DNA from: an uncultured bacterium
Lineage (GTDB): Bacteria > Chlamydiota > Chlamydiia > Chlamydiales > VFKH01
NCBI GenBank assembly: GCA_964630595.1
Contig: CAZVVT010000006.1
Span: 7,056 to 71,055 of the forward strand
Length of the DNA: 64,000 nucleotides
Reading direction: 5' to 3'
The position numbers and the translations under genes were made by a program. The notes below the pieces were generated by a model, which ran no database searches, was not told the origin of the DNA, and saw nothing but the letters and a program-made list of their open reading frames with translations. Numbering within the stretch: the first letter of the stretch is position 1; each line of letters starts with the position of its first letter. Shown one piece after another: positions 1 to 8,140 of the stretch.

Positions 1-51
1 TTATGGCAAAACGGGCAAAGAGCCCTATTGTCACGTGTTTGTGAAACGTTT

Positions 52-1578
52 CTAAGGGCCTAGGTCGTAGTCTTCGGGAAGCCAGGAGGGGCGAGGAAGG
101 GCGAAGTTTTCCTCCAGCACTTGTTCGGCCGTGTTGATGGCGCCCTCAATCCACCCTTGATGCGAGGAGAAGGCCTCACCGCAGATAAAAAGATTAGCGG
201 TGGCAAGTGGCTTGCGAATTTGTTTGGCCAGTAGCCAGGATTGATTGCCGGGATTCCAGTAGTGCCAGGCACCCCCGTAGGGGCTGTTGCCCCAGTCTTG
301 AAAGAGGCTAGCCGTTGGCGCTGCAGCATCGATGTTGTACTGCTCGTTCATCTGCCGTGTAAGATCGAGGGTCATTGCAGAAGTAAGGGTATGGCTTTGG
401 ATGAAGTCCTGCTCACTCACATAGCGTTCGCGTACGCGATCAAAGGCTCCTTGGGTCATGTACCCGCGCCAAAAGTCGTTGTTGAAGGAGATGCGTAAGA
501 GGCCGCGGCTGTCCGTGTAGGTGACTTGGCGCAAGGGCAGGTCTGTAAGAGAAGAGCCGCCGGTGAGTTTGAGCTCCGGCCACCAGGGTTTGGCGTACCA
601 GAGAAAGACACGGGTAGCACGCTGCGGCATAACGCGCTGCAGGTCGGTTTCAAAATTGGTGCCCACAAAAGGCAGGCCCTCTCTACTGAGCAGCTCAAGA
701 GATCTACGCGGCAGGGCAAGAATAACATTGCGAGCAAGAACCGCTGGCCCTGTTTGAAATTGCACTTCAAGGAGGTCGTTTTTGTATTGGATCGCAGTGA
801 CTTGCGCATTCATCTCAATTTCGCCGCCACTGGCAATGAACTGATCGGCCAAGGTGCGGGGCAGAGTGTCAAGGCCGCCTTTGATCTGCATCAGATCATC
901 GGCGTTGATGCTTGCAAAAATCTGCACGATCGCATCATAGGCGTTCCAGTTGGCAGAGGTGGGTAAAGATTCACTGCACTGCAGCGCCATGTGGTAGGCC
1001 TCAGTGCTCATGTGTTTGAGTAAAAAGTCCCAAAAGCCTGTTTGCCACAAAGGTCTGTCATCGTAGGTGGCCGTCTTCAGATGCTCGCGAGCTTGGCTCA
1101 CTGTCATATCTTTAAGATCTGGGAAGGAAGAAAAAATCGCCCCCAAAATGAGGTCTCGAGGCGTTTTTCCCTTTTCAATGGTGCGTATGTTGAAAGGGAC
1201 GGCACCACCATTCCAGGTAAAGCGTTTGCCTCGGAAGTAATCGGGGTTGCCCCCGTCGCCTGTGGGGATTAAAGATGTTTCTAGTTTGAGCTGTTGGCAG
1301 AGGTTGTAGACACTGACTTGGTCTTTGCGAAATCCTAAGCTGCCTAATTCTGCAGGCACGCCGGCGAGAACGGGCAGCTGCACGGAGAAGAGGCGCCCGC
1401 CAATGCGGTTACTATACTCGACAAGTAGCACCTGCTTTTTCGTCCATGTCGGGTCTTGTGCAAAACGCCAGGCGCAGTAAGTTCCCGCAGGTCCGCCTCC
1501 TACAATGACGACGTCATAGACCGGTGCTGCGGCATAGAGGGTGGAGGCAAGCGTTAGAATAAGAAAGGCAATGCGCAT
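52..1578 (-). CDS. Secreted FAD-dependent amine oxidase (flavin monoamine / L-amino-acid oxidase family)
   Basis: 508-aa ORF. A signal-like N-terminus (MRIAFLILTLASTLYAAA) runs directly into a Rossmann dinucleotide motif (VVIVGGGPAGTYCAWRF). The C-terminal FICGEAFS...GWIEGA is typical of the amine-oxidase fold. Confidence 0.8.
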   Translation of the reverse strand: MRIAFLILTLASTLYAAAPVYDVVIVGGGPAGTYCAWRFAQDPTWTKKQVLLVEYSNRIGGRLFSVQLPVLAGVPAELGSLGFRKDQVSVYNLCQQLKLETSLIPTGDGGNPDYFRGKRFTWNGGAVPFNIRTIEKGKTPRDLILGAIFSSFPDLKDMTVSQAREHLKTATYDDRPLWQTGFWDFLLKHMSTEAYHMALQCSESLPTSANWNAYDAIVQIFASINADDLMQIKGGLDTLPRTLADQFIASGGEIEMNAQVTAIQYKNDLLEVQFQTGPAVLARNVILALPRRSLELLSREGLPFVGTNFETDLQRVMPQRATRVFLWYAKPWWPELKLTGGSSLTDLPLRQVTYTDSRGLLRISFNNDFWRGYMTQGAFDRVRERYVSEQDFIQSHTLTSAMTLDLTRQMNEQYNIDAAAPTASLFQDWGNSPYGGAWHYWNPGNQSWLLAKQIRKPLATANLFICGEAFSSHQGWIEGAINTAEQVLEENFALPRPSWLPEDYDLGP

Positions 1579-1602
1579 CGCCGTATTATCAAAATTTTTG
1601 GA

Positions 1603-2454
1603 TTAATGAGAAGCGCGGAGGGTGTTGGTCAAAAGGGCCATAATGGTCATAGGCCCGATACCGCCTGGGACGGGGGTAAGGGCGGAGGCGACGGTACTGA
1701 CGGCGGCAAAATCGACATCGCCTACCATAGCGCCATCGAGGCGGTTGATGCCCACGTCGATGACAACGGCCCCCTTTTTCACCATATCCGCTTTGACAAA
1801 GTGTGCCTGGCCGATGGCGGCGACGAGAATGTCAGCGGCAAGGCAATGTTCCTTGAAGTGGTTGGAGTGGGTATGGAGGAGGGTGACGGTGGCATCGTTG
1901 CCCTTGCGAGAGAGAAGGGCGGAAAGGGGTCGGCCCACAAGATTGCCGCGCCCAATGATGACAACTTCCTTGCCCTGCGTGGGGATTTGGTAGTAGTTCA
2001 GGAGCATTTGGATGCCCAAAGGAGTGCAGGGGATGAAACCGTCGGTGAAACCCAGGGCAAGCTTACCGGCATTGATGGGGTGTAGGCCGTCGACATCTTT
2101 CGAGGGGCTGACCGCTTCGGCAATTTTCTGGCCGTTGATGTGGCTCGGGAGAGGGAATTGGACGAGAATGCCATGAACTGCGGGATCGCGGTTCAGATCC
2201 GCGATGGTTTTCAGGAGATCGGTTTGCGAGATGGTGACGGGCATACGCAAGATGGTCGAGCGAATGCCGACGCGGGCGCAGGCCTTTTCCTTCATCGCAA
2301 CATAGGTGACGGAGGCGGGATTGGCCCCTACAAGAACCATGGTAATAGAGGGAGGGCGTGCCGGGTCGATTTGCCCCATCAGCTCCTTTTCAAGTGCAGC
2401 TGCACAAGCTTTGCCATCTAATATCTGCATAGTGATATAGTCGCCGACTTTCAT
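1603..2454 (-). CDS. folD: Bifunctional methylenetetrahydrofolate dehydrogenase / methenyl-THF cyclohydrolase
   Basis: 283 aa. Contains the FolD motifs GRGNLVGRPLSALL and TPVPGGIGPMTI. Length is typical. Confidence 0.93.
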   Translation of the reverse strand: MKVGDYITMQILDGKACAAALEKELMGQIDPARPPSITMVLVGANPASVTYVAMKEKACARVGIRSTILRMPVTISQTDLLKTIADLNRDPAVHGILVQFPLPSHINGQKIAEAVSPSKDVDGLHPINAGKLALGFTDGFIPCTPLGIQMLLNYYQIPTQGKEVVIIGRGNLVGRPLSALLSRKGNDATVTLLHTHSNHFKEHCLAADILVAAIGQAHFVKADMVKKGAVVIDVGINRLDGAMVGDVDFAAVSTVASALTPVPGGIGPMTIMALLTNTLRASH

Positions 2455-3292
2455 GATTAACGCAAAACAGATTGAGCAGCGTTTAGAAGAGCTATTAAAC
2501 GTCGGCTCGCCTGCCGTCCAGCCTCTCCTGGAGGCTGCCTCCTACGCCGTCTTCACCGGAGGCAAGAGGCTGCGCCCTCTCTTGACCCTGGCTGTCGCCG
2601 AAGCGCTGGGTTCCCGAGATGCTCTCGATGCCGCTTGCGCAGTCGAAATGCTGCACGTTTCCTCTCTGATCCATGACGACATGCCCTGCATGGATAACGA
2701 CGACTTTCGCCGCGGTCAGCCCACTGTCCACCGCGCTTTTGGGGAATATCAAGCCCTTCTCGCAGGCGATTTCCTCCTCGTCTATGCCTTTGAGGTCGTC
2801 ACAAAATCCTCCCTGCCGCCGCCAGTTCAAGCCGAGATTGTGCGCGTCCTGGCGCGTAGCGCTGGGGCCGAGGGGATGTGTGGAGGACAGCTTCTCGACC
2901 TCAATGGCAATATCGACAGCATTGACCAGCTGGAGTCGATGTACGAGTTAAAAACGGGCGCGCTTCTCAATGCCGCTGTGCAAGTCGGTGCCATTGTCGC
3001 CGGCGCCCATCAAGAAGAGCGAGCACTTCTCGAGGCCTATGCACAAAAAGTCGGTCTGGCCTTTCAGATCATCGACGATGTCTTGGACGTTGTTGCTCCG
3101 GAAGTGAAGCATAAAACCTCCTCCGATCAGGTCAACCAAAAGCAGACCTATGTCACTTTTGTGGGTCTGGAGCAATGCCGCGTACGGGCTCACCAACTTA
3201 TTGAAGAGGCGCTGGTATTGCTGACCTCTTTTGGCAAAAGGGCAGACCCGCTACGCGAGCTTGCGCACTTTATCGAACAACGCGCCACTTAG
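2453..3292 (+). CDS. ispA: Polyprenyl (farnesyl/geranylgeranyl) diphosphate synthase
   Basis: 279 aa. First Asp-rich motif is LIHDDMPCMDNDDFRRG and second is FQIIDDVLD. The start overlaps the divergent folD start by 2 nt. Confidence 0.9.
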   Translation: MINAKQIEQRLEELLNVGSPAVQPLLEAASYAVFTGGKRLRPLLTLAVAEALGSRDALDAACAVEMLHVSSLIHDDMPCMDNDDFRRGQPTVHRAFGEYQALLAGDFLLVYAFEVVTKSSLPPPVQAEIVRVLARSAGAEGMCGGQLLDLNGNIDSIDQLESMYELKTGALLNAAVQVGAIVAGAHQEERALLEAYAQKVGLAFQIIDDVLDVVAPEVKHKTSSDQVNQKQTYVTFVGLEQCRVRAHQLIEEALVLLTSFGKRADPLRELAHFIEQRAT

Positions 3293-3722
3293 CGAGCAGC
3301 CAAATAAGGGGCATGCCGAGAAGAGCGCCGGTGCCGAGGTCGAGGGCAAGGCTGGGGAGGTAGAGGCCGCGGTTGATGAGGGTTTCGACGAGGGCGGTGG
3401 CGGAGGCTACGAGGCAGAGGTGGGCGATGTAGGTGAAGATGGGCTGTTGGAGAAGGGCTTTGGGGACGAGGCTGACAAGCCAGGCAGAGGTGGCTAGGCT
3501 GAAGGCGTAGAGACCAAAGGGTGCTGTCGTGGTGAGCAGGTCAAGAAGAATGCCCAGGGCGAAGGCGGTTGCGATGCCTTCGATGGCGCCCAGGGTCATG
3601 AGAGCAAAAGCGATGGGGCCGCTGAAGGCAAGAAGGGGAAAGCCAAGCAGCGCAGCACAAAGTGCTGAAGTGATCGTAATGGCCGTTTGTAGGCTGAAAG
3701 CCATCCAGAGTTTAGTGCGCAT
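3270..3722 (-). CDS. Small polytopic membrane protein, function unknown
   Basis: 150-aa strongly hydrophobic ORF with about 4-5 predicted TM segments. Its start overlaps the stop of the upstream sugar-transferase gene by 11 nt, suggesting one operon. Confidence 0.6.
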   Translation of the reverse strand: MRTKLWMAFSLQTAITITSALCAALLGFPLLAFSGPIAFALMTLGAIEGIATAFALGILLDLLTTTAPFGLYAFSLATSAWLVSLVPKALLQQPIFTYIAHLCLVASATALVETLINRGLYLPSLALDLGTGALLGMPLIWLLAKWRVVR

Positions 3723-4326
3723 CTTTGGAGAGAATCATGGCGGGTACGGTTTTTGCTACTAATTTGAGATCAAACCAGAAACTGCGGCGATCGATGTACT
3801 CCTCTTCAAGTTGGATGCGTTCCTCGTAAGAGATGTTGCTGCGACCAGAGGTTTGCCAATATCCGGTGATGCCTGGCTTCGCGGTGAGAATTTTCGAGGC
3901 TTTGGGTCCAAAGCGCTCTTCAAGTTCTTTTGCTGTCACAGGGCGCGGCCCAACAACACTCATATCGCCTTTGAGTACATTCCAGAACTGCGGCAACTCA
4001 TCAAGAGAGGTTTTACGCAAGAAACGTCCAATGGGAGTAATGCGAGGATCGAGTTTGAGTTTTTGATAAAGCTCCCACTCTAGTTTGCTCTGCGGGCAGC
4101 TTTGAAGCAGTTCGGTGAGCCGCTGACTGGCATCAAGCGCCATCGTGCGGTACTTCACGCAGCGAAAAAGGCGGCCGTCCATTCCAACGCGGTTATCGAG
4201 ATAAAAGATCGGTCCGCGCGCTGAACAACGAATGATGAGGGCGATCAAAGCAAAGGCGGGAAGACCTAGAATCAGTACGCTTGCGCTAAAGAGAATATCA
4301 AAAAGTCGTTTGCTAAAGGGGTACAT
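3712..4326 (-). CDS. Polyprenyl-phosphate sugar-phosphate transferase (bacterial sugar transferase family, small WbaP/PglC-like)
   Basis: 204 aa. N-terminal membrane helix FDILFSASVLILGLPAFALIALII and the signature DELPQFWNVLKGDMSVVGPRP. Its ATG shares one nucleotide with the wrbA stop (TAATG at 4324-4328). Confidence 0.88.
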   Translation of the reverse strand: MYPFSKRLFDILFSASVLILGLPAFALIALIIRCSARGPIFYLDNRVGMDGRLFRCVKYRTMALDASQRLTELLQSCPQSKLEWELYQKLKLDPRITPIGRFLRKTSLDELPQFWNVLKGDMSVVGPRPVTAKELEERFGPKASKILTAKPGITGYWQTSGRSNISYEERIQLEEEYIDRRSFWFDLKLVAKTVPAMILSKDAH

Positions 4327-4925
4327 TATTGCTTTCCCTCATGAATCCATTTCGCAATTTGTGCAATGTGGCGGCCTTGGAAGCGCGCCCCATCTAATTC
4401 ATTCGCGCTGGGGTGCTCACCCTCTGCGTCGGCGACGCACGAAGCGCCGTAGGGCGAACAGCCGGTGATAACTTTTTTTTCCATCTGTCCTTGAAACGCG
4501 TAGGGGAGTCCGACCACAACCATTCCTTGGTGAAACAAAAAGGTATGAAAGGCCAGAAGAGTGGATTCTTGTCCGCCGTGCTGCGTTGCACTACTGGTAA
4601 AAACGCCGCCCACCTTGCCCACTAAAGAACCGCTGGCCCACAGCTTTCCGGTACCGTCGATGAATTGGCTCATTTGGCCGCACATGTTTCCGTAACGGGT
4701 GGGTGTGCCAAAGATAATGGCATCAGCAGCTATCAAATCTTCATTTGTCACAACGGGAATGTCGTCAAAAGAGAGGGCTTTCATTTTCGCGCGAACCTCA
4801 GGAGAAAGAGTTTCGGGTACGCGCTTGAGGGCGACAGAGCCAAACTCTTTTGCTCCCTCCGCCACAGCTTCCGCCATTTTCTTAATGTGTCCGTAGGTCG
4901 AGTGAAAGACAACAAGCGTGTGCAT
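4326..4925 (-). CDS. wrbA: NAD(P)H:quinone oxidoreductase, flavodoxin-like WrbA
   Basis: [25 protein letters not shown] and [24 protein letters not shown] closely match my memory of E. coli WrbA. The start was reassigned to the ATG at 4925. The tracked ORF extends to 5081, but that extension has no WrbA similarity. Confidence 0.88.
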   Translation of the reverse strand: MHTLVVFHSTYGHIKKMAEAVAEGAKEFGSVALKRVPETLSPEVRAKMKALSFDDIPVVTNEDLIAADAIIFGTPTRYGNMCGQMSQFIDGTGKLWASGSLVGKVGGVFTSSATQHGGQESTLLAFHTFLFHQGMVVVGLPYAFQGQMEKKVITGCSPYGASCVADAEGEHPSANELDGARFQGRHIAQIAKWIHEGKQ

Positions 4926-4999
4926 AAGCTGTTTATTATCCCCAGCCCCCCTTTTTCCAATAGAAAAAATTTCAAGGGAGCGGGAATACTGCATCTCAT

Positions 5000-6400
5000 A
5001 TGATGAAATGGATCCACCTTTCGATTGCGATAATACTGGCAATACTGATCTGGCAAGTGCCCGCTCCGGAAAGCGTAGCAAAAGAGGGAATGCCCTTATT
5101 GGCGATTTTCGTGGGAGCCATTTACGCGATTATCACTAAACCGCTTCCCATGGGTGCCATCTCCCTGATCGCCGTCTTAGTACTCATTTTAACAAAAACC
5201 CTCTCCTTTGGAGATGCCTTTTCCGGATTTACGAGTGATATTGTTTGGTTGATTGTCTTCGCCTACTTTATTTCGAGAGGAATTATTAATACCGGTTTGG
5301 GTAATCGTATTGCCTTTTTATTTATGCGTCGCTTTGGCAAGCGCACGCTTGGTTTAAGTTACAGTTTGGCGGTGACCGACTTGGTTTTAGCTCCCGCCAT
5401 TCCTAGCAGCACTGCGCGAGCGGGTGGAATTGTTCTTCCCATTTTAAAATCGATTTCTATTGCTTTTGGGAGCCATGCGCACCAGCCGGATGCCAACCGT
5501 GTGGGAACTTACCTTACGCTTACAGCTTTTCACATTACCTGCATTTCCTCCGCCATGTTTTTGACGGCTATGGGGGGAAATCCGCTGATTGTTGACTTAG
5601 CGGCACAAAGCGGCGTCAAAATTACTTGGTTGAGTTGGGCTTTGGCGGCTTCCGTTCCCGGTATCATCAGTATCGTCATTCTTCCCTACCTGATCTTTAA
5701 GCTCTTTCCGCCCATCATCAAGCAAACACCCGATGCCCCTGAATACGCACAGAGAAAGCTCAAAGAGATGGGGCGCGTCTCTTTCCACGAGTGGCTGATG
5801 CTTTTCGTCTTTGTTGGGCTGGTTGGGCTTTGGATTTTTGGAGAAAGCGTCGGAATTAAAGCGGCCGTCACGGCGCTGATGGGTGTAGCTGTTTTGCTGA
5901 TTGCCGGAGTGCTTTCTTGGAAAGATCTCATGAAGGAGGACAGTGCGTGGGATACGCTGATCTGGTTTGCCTCTCTTGCGATGATGGCAGGATTCCTCAA
6001 TAAGTTGGGGGTCATTCACTGGTTTGGCGATTGGGTAGCGGGTAACATTCATGGCTACTCGTGGCAGGCGGGCTTTGCCGTGATGGCCCTTGTCTACTTC
6101 TTCACGCACTACTTCTTCGCCAGCAACCTCGCGCACATCAGCGCAATGTATGCGGCCTTTTTAGTGGTTTCCATCGCTTTAGGTACGCCGCCTTATCTGG
6201 CCGCCTTTGTCCTGGCCTTCTTCTCTAATCTCTTTGGAACGCTGACGCACTACGGCTGCGGTCCCGCGCCGATCCTCTTTGGGGCTGGTTACGTGCCGAT
6301 TGGGAAGTGGTGGCAGGCAGGGCTTATTCTTTCGCTGGTGAACATTGTGATCTGGTTTGGCATCGGCGGACTGTGGTGGAAATTCCTGAATCTCTGGTAA
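5000..6400 (+). CDS. DASS-family anion:cation symporter (2-oxoglutarate/malate or dicarboxylate translocator type)
   Basis: 466-aa polytopic membrane protein whose size and repeated hairpin pattern fit the divalent anion:Na+ symporter family. Chlamydiae carry such SodiT-type transporters. Confidence 0.8.
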   Translation: MMKWIHLSIAIILAILIWQVPAPESVAKEGMPLLAIFVGAIYAIITKPLPMGAISLIAVLVLILTKTLSFGDAFSGFTSDIVWLIVFAYFISRGIINTGLGNRIAFLFMRRFGKRTLGLSYSLAVTDLVLAPAIPSSTARAGGIVLPILKSISIAFGSHAHQPDANRVGTYLTLTAFHITCISSAMFLTAMGGNPLIVDLAAQSGVKITWLSWALAASVPGIISIVILPYLIFKLFPPIIKQTPDAPEYAQRKLKEMGRVSFHEWLMLFVFVGLVGLWIFGESVGIKAAVTALMGVAVLLIAGVLSWKDLMKEDSAWDTLIWFASLAMMAGFLNKLGVIHWFGDWVAGNIHGYSWQAGFAVMALVYFFTHYFFASNLAHISAMYAAFLVVSIALGTPPYLAAFVLAFFSNLFGTLTHYGCGPAPILFGAGYVPIGKWWQAGLILSLVNIVIWFGIGGLWWKFLNLW

Positions 6401-7218
6401 AGCCGTCGGAGCTAAAAGTTGCCTACGAAAAAATTTCTGCTGGATACCGAAAAGGACGGGTCCAACTCAAGGATCCCATCGATTACTTGGCCTATGTTGC
6501 GGCGCGCAGCCCCGCAACCGGCGCAGCGATCCGCGCCGTACTCACAGAGGTGGCGGCCCGCATCACGCACCCAGTGCACTCCATTTGTGATGTTGGCATG
6601 GGCCCTGGCACGGCCATCGCCACCCTCCGCGAACTCTTTCCCGCCGCCCGCTACGCAGGCGTTGAAAAAGACCCTCAGTTCATCGCACTTGCACAGCAAA
6701 TCTTCGGTCCATTGGACGTCAAGCCACCGCACGCTGCCGACCTTGTGCTCTGCTCTTATTCGCTCAACGAAATGAGTGATCCCACGCCTTTTCTCAATCT
6801 CGACGCGCAAACCATTGTCATCATCGAGCCGGGCACCACCGAAGGCTTTCGCCGCATACTCTCTTACCGCGATCATTTGATCGGCCAAGGGCTGCACATG
6901 GTCGCTCCTTGCCCCGCTTCCCACAAGTGTCCCTCTTCCTGGTGTCACTTCTCCGTACGCGTGCCGCGCACCAAACTACATCGCTACATCAAAGGCACGA
7001 TGGGCCATGAGGACGAGAAATACTCCTATATTGCCATGTCAAAACATCCCGCGCGCACTGCTTCTGCCCGCATTGTCGCTTCACCTGAACACAAAAGCGG
7101 CCATACCCATTTCCTTTTGTGCGAAAACTGCCAGCTTGTAAAAAAAACAGTCTCTCGCAAAGACGCCCACTTTAAACAAGCAAAGAAGCTTGAGTGGGGA
7201 GATTCGTGCGAATTGTAA
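6373..7218 (+). CDS. Rsm22-like SAM-dependent methyltransferase with C-terminal Cys cluster
   Basis: SAM motif I is ICDVGMGPGTA, followed by VLCSYSLNEM and a Cys cluster (CPASHKCPSSWCHF...LLCENC). The tracked ORF starts at 6307 inside the transporter gene. I prefer the in-frame GTG GTG at 6373/6376, but the start is uncertain. Confidence 0.7.
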   Translation: MVEIPESLVKPSELKVAYEKISAGYRKGRVQLKDPIDYLAYVAARSPATGAAIRAVLTEVAARITHPVHSICDVGMGPGTAIATLRELFPAARYAGVEKDPQFIALAQQIFGPLDVKPPHAADLVLCSYSLNEMSDPTPFLNLDAQTIVIIEPGTTEGFRRILSYRDHLIGQGLHMVAPCPASHKCPSSWCHFSVRVPRTKLHRYIKGTMGHEDEKYSYIAMSKHPARTASARIVASPEHKSGHTHFLLCENCQLVKKTVSRKDAHFKQAKKLEWGDSCEL

Positions 7219-7228
7219 CAGAAAAGTT

Positions 7229-7498
7229 ATGTCTCTAGTAGTTACTGCCACAATGAAAGAAGATGCTGCTTATGCGCGAGCTCTTCGCTTGCAATTAGAA
7301 GGGCAAAGATTGTTTCGAGGAGCTCACGCTGTGGGCTTTCTTCGTGGAAGACAAATCCATGTTGTTTTTGACCGCAGAACAAGAGTCGTTGAACTCCGCT
7401 TACTGAGTTTAAAGCGAATAGAGAGCGTCGAAGTAGAATACAAAGATATTCCCAAGATACTGCGGTTTTTTCTTAGAAAAATCCTCTATTCAAGTTAG
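7229..7498 (+). CDS. Small hypothetical protein (89 aa), orphan
   Basis: ATG at 7229 in the only sizeable non-assigned stretch of this area. The stretch is visibly AT-richer than its flanks. I recognised no motif, and its stop overlaps the convergent exoD-like stop (TTAG). Confidence 0.35.
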   Translation: MSLVVTATMKEDAAYARALRLQLEGQRLFRGAHAVGFLRGRQIHVVFDRRTRVVELRLLSLKRIESVEVEYKDIPKILRFFLRKILYSS

Positions 7499-8094
7499 AG
7501 CCACTCGAAGCCAAACCAAAAGAGGGCAGTGAAGAGGCCGATCGCGATCAAGGAAGAGATCCATCCCAGTAAGATGAAGAGGCCGTCGTAGGCGAGCAGG
7601 CCAAGGCCAAGGAAGACGATGGGGGTGGCGGCAACCGTGTTGCTGAAAGGGACGGGCAGGGGTAGGGCCATGAAAAAGCCCTGGATGCAGAGGGTGATGC
7701 CGATGAGGGTTTTGTAGTGGCAGAGCCGGGTGAGGCGGTGGTGGAGGATGTAGCGCAGTTTGTGGGTGGTTTTTTCCGTGATATGGATGATTTTGCGCAG
7801 GTGGCTGGGCTTTACCGTGCAGGTCCGTATAAAGGGGGGGAGCCAGAGCCGCTTATGGAGGAGGATTTTGACTCCAAAAAGGATTTGGAGGATCCCAAAG
7901 GGGCTGGAAAGGCCGGGAATGGTAATAGGAAAGGCAAAGGGAAGGCTGAAAATCACGATAAGCAACCCATAGCCCTGGCCGTCTAAAGATGCAACTATCT
8001 CAGCTACAGTGACTTGCTTATGATGCGCGAGATTTGTGAGCTTTTTTAAAGCTCCTTCTACCTTATGGTTTTCTTGTATATTAGGCGTCTTCAA
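7495..8094 (-). CDS. ExoD-family membrane protein (exopolysaccharide synthesis protein ExoD-like)
   Basis: The pattern GYGLLIVIFSLPFAFPITIPGLSSPFGILQILFGVKILLHKRLWLP ... ALPLPVPFSNTVAATPIVFLGLGLLAYDG matches the ExoD family as I remember it. The tracked ORF runs to 8235. A TTG at 8094 gives a typical length of about 200 aa and avoids overlap with the divergent gene, but the start is uncertain. Confidence 0.7.
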   Translation of the reverse strand: MKTPNIQENHKVEGALKKLTNLAHHKQVTVAEIVASLDGQGYGLLIVIFSLPFAFPITIPGLSSPFGILQILFGVKILLHKRLWLPPFIRTCTVKPSHLRKIIHITEKTTHKLRYILHHRLTRLCHYKTLIGITLCIQGFFMALPLPVPFSNTVAATPIVFLGLGLLAYDGLFILLGWISSLIAIGLFTALFWFGFEWL

Positions 8095-8140
8095 CGGTAT
8101 AATTTCCTGCTCTACTTGCCGTAACCATAAGGAAAATACG

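Noticed and set aside
4926-5081. A 52-codon N-terminal extension of the wrbA ORF overlaps the divergent transporter start.
   Set aside because: WrbA similarity begins exactly at the internal ATG (4925, [13 protein letters not shown]). The extension has no similarity and would overlap the neighbouring gene.
5597-6136. A 179-aa ORF and an overlapping 109-aa ORF lie antisense to the DASS transporter gene.
   Set aside because: The sense strand encodes a continuous, typical polytopic transporter. The antisense translations are Arg/Pro/His-rich with no recognisable features. They are shadow ORFs.
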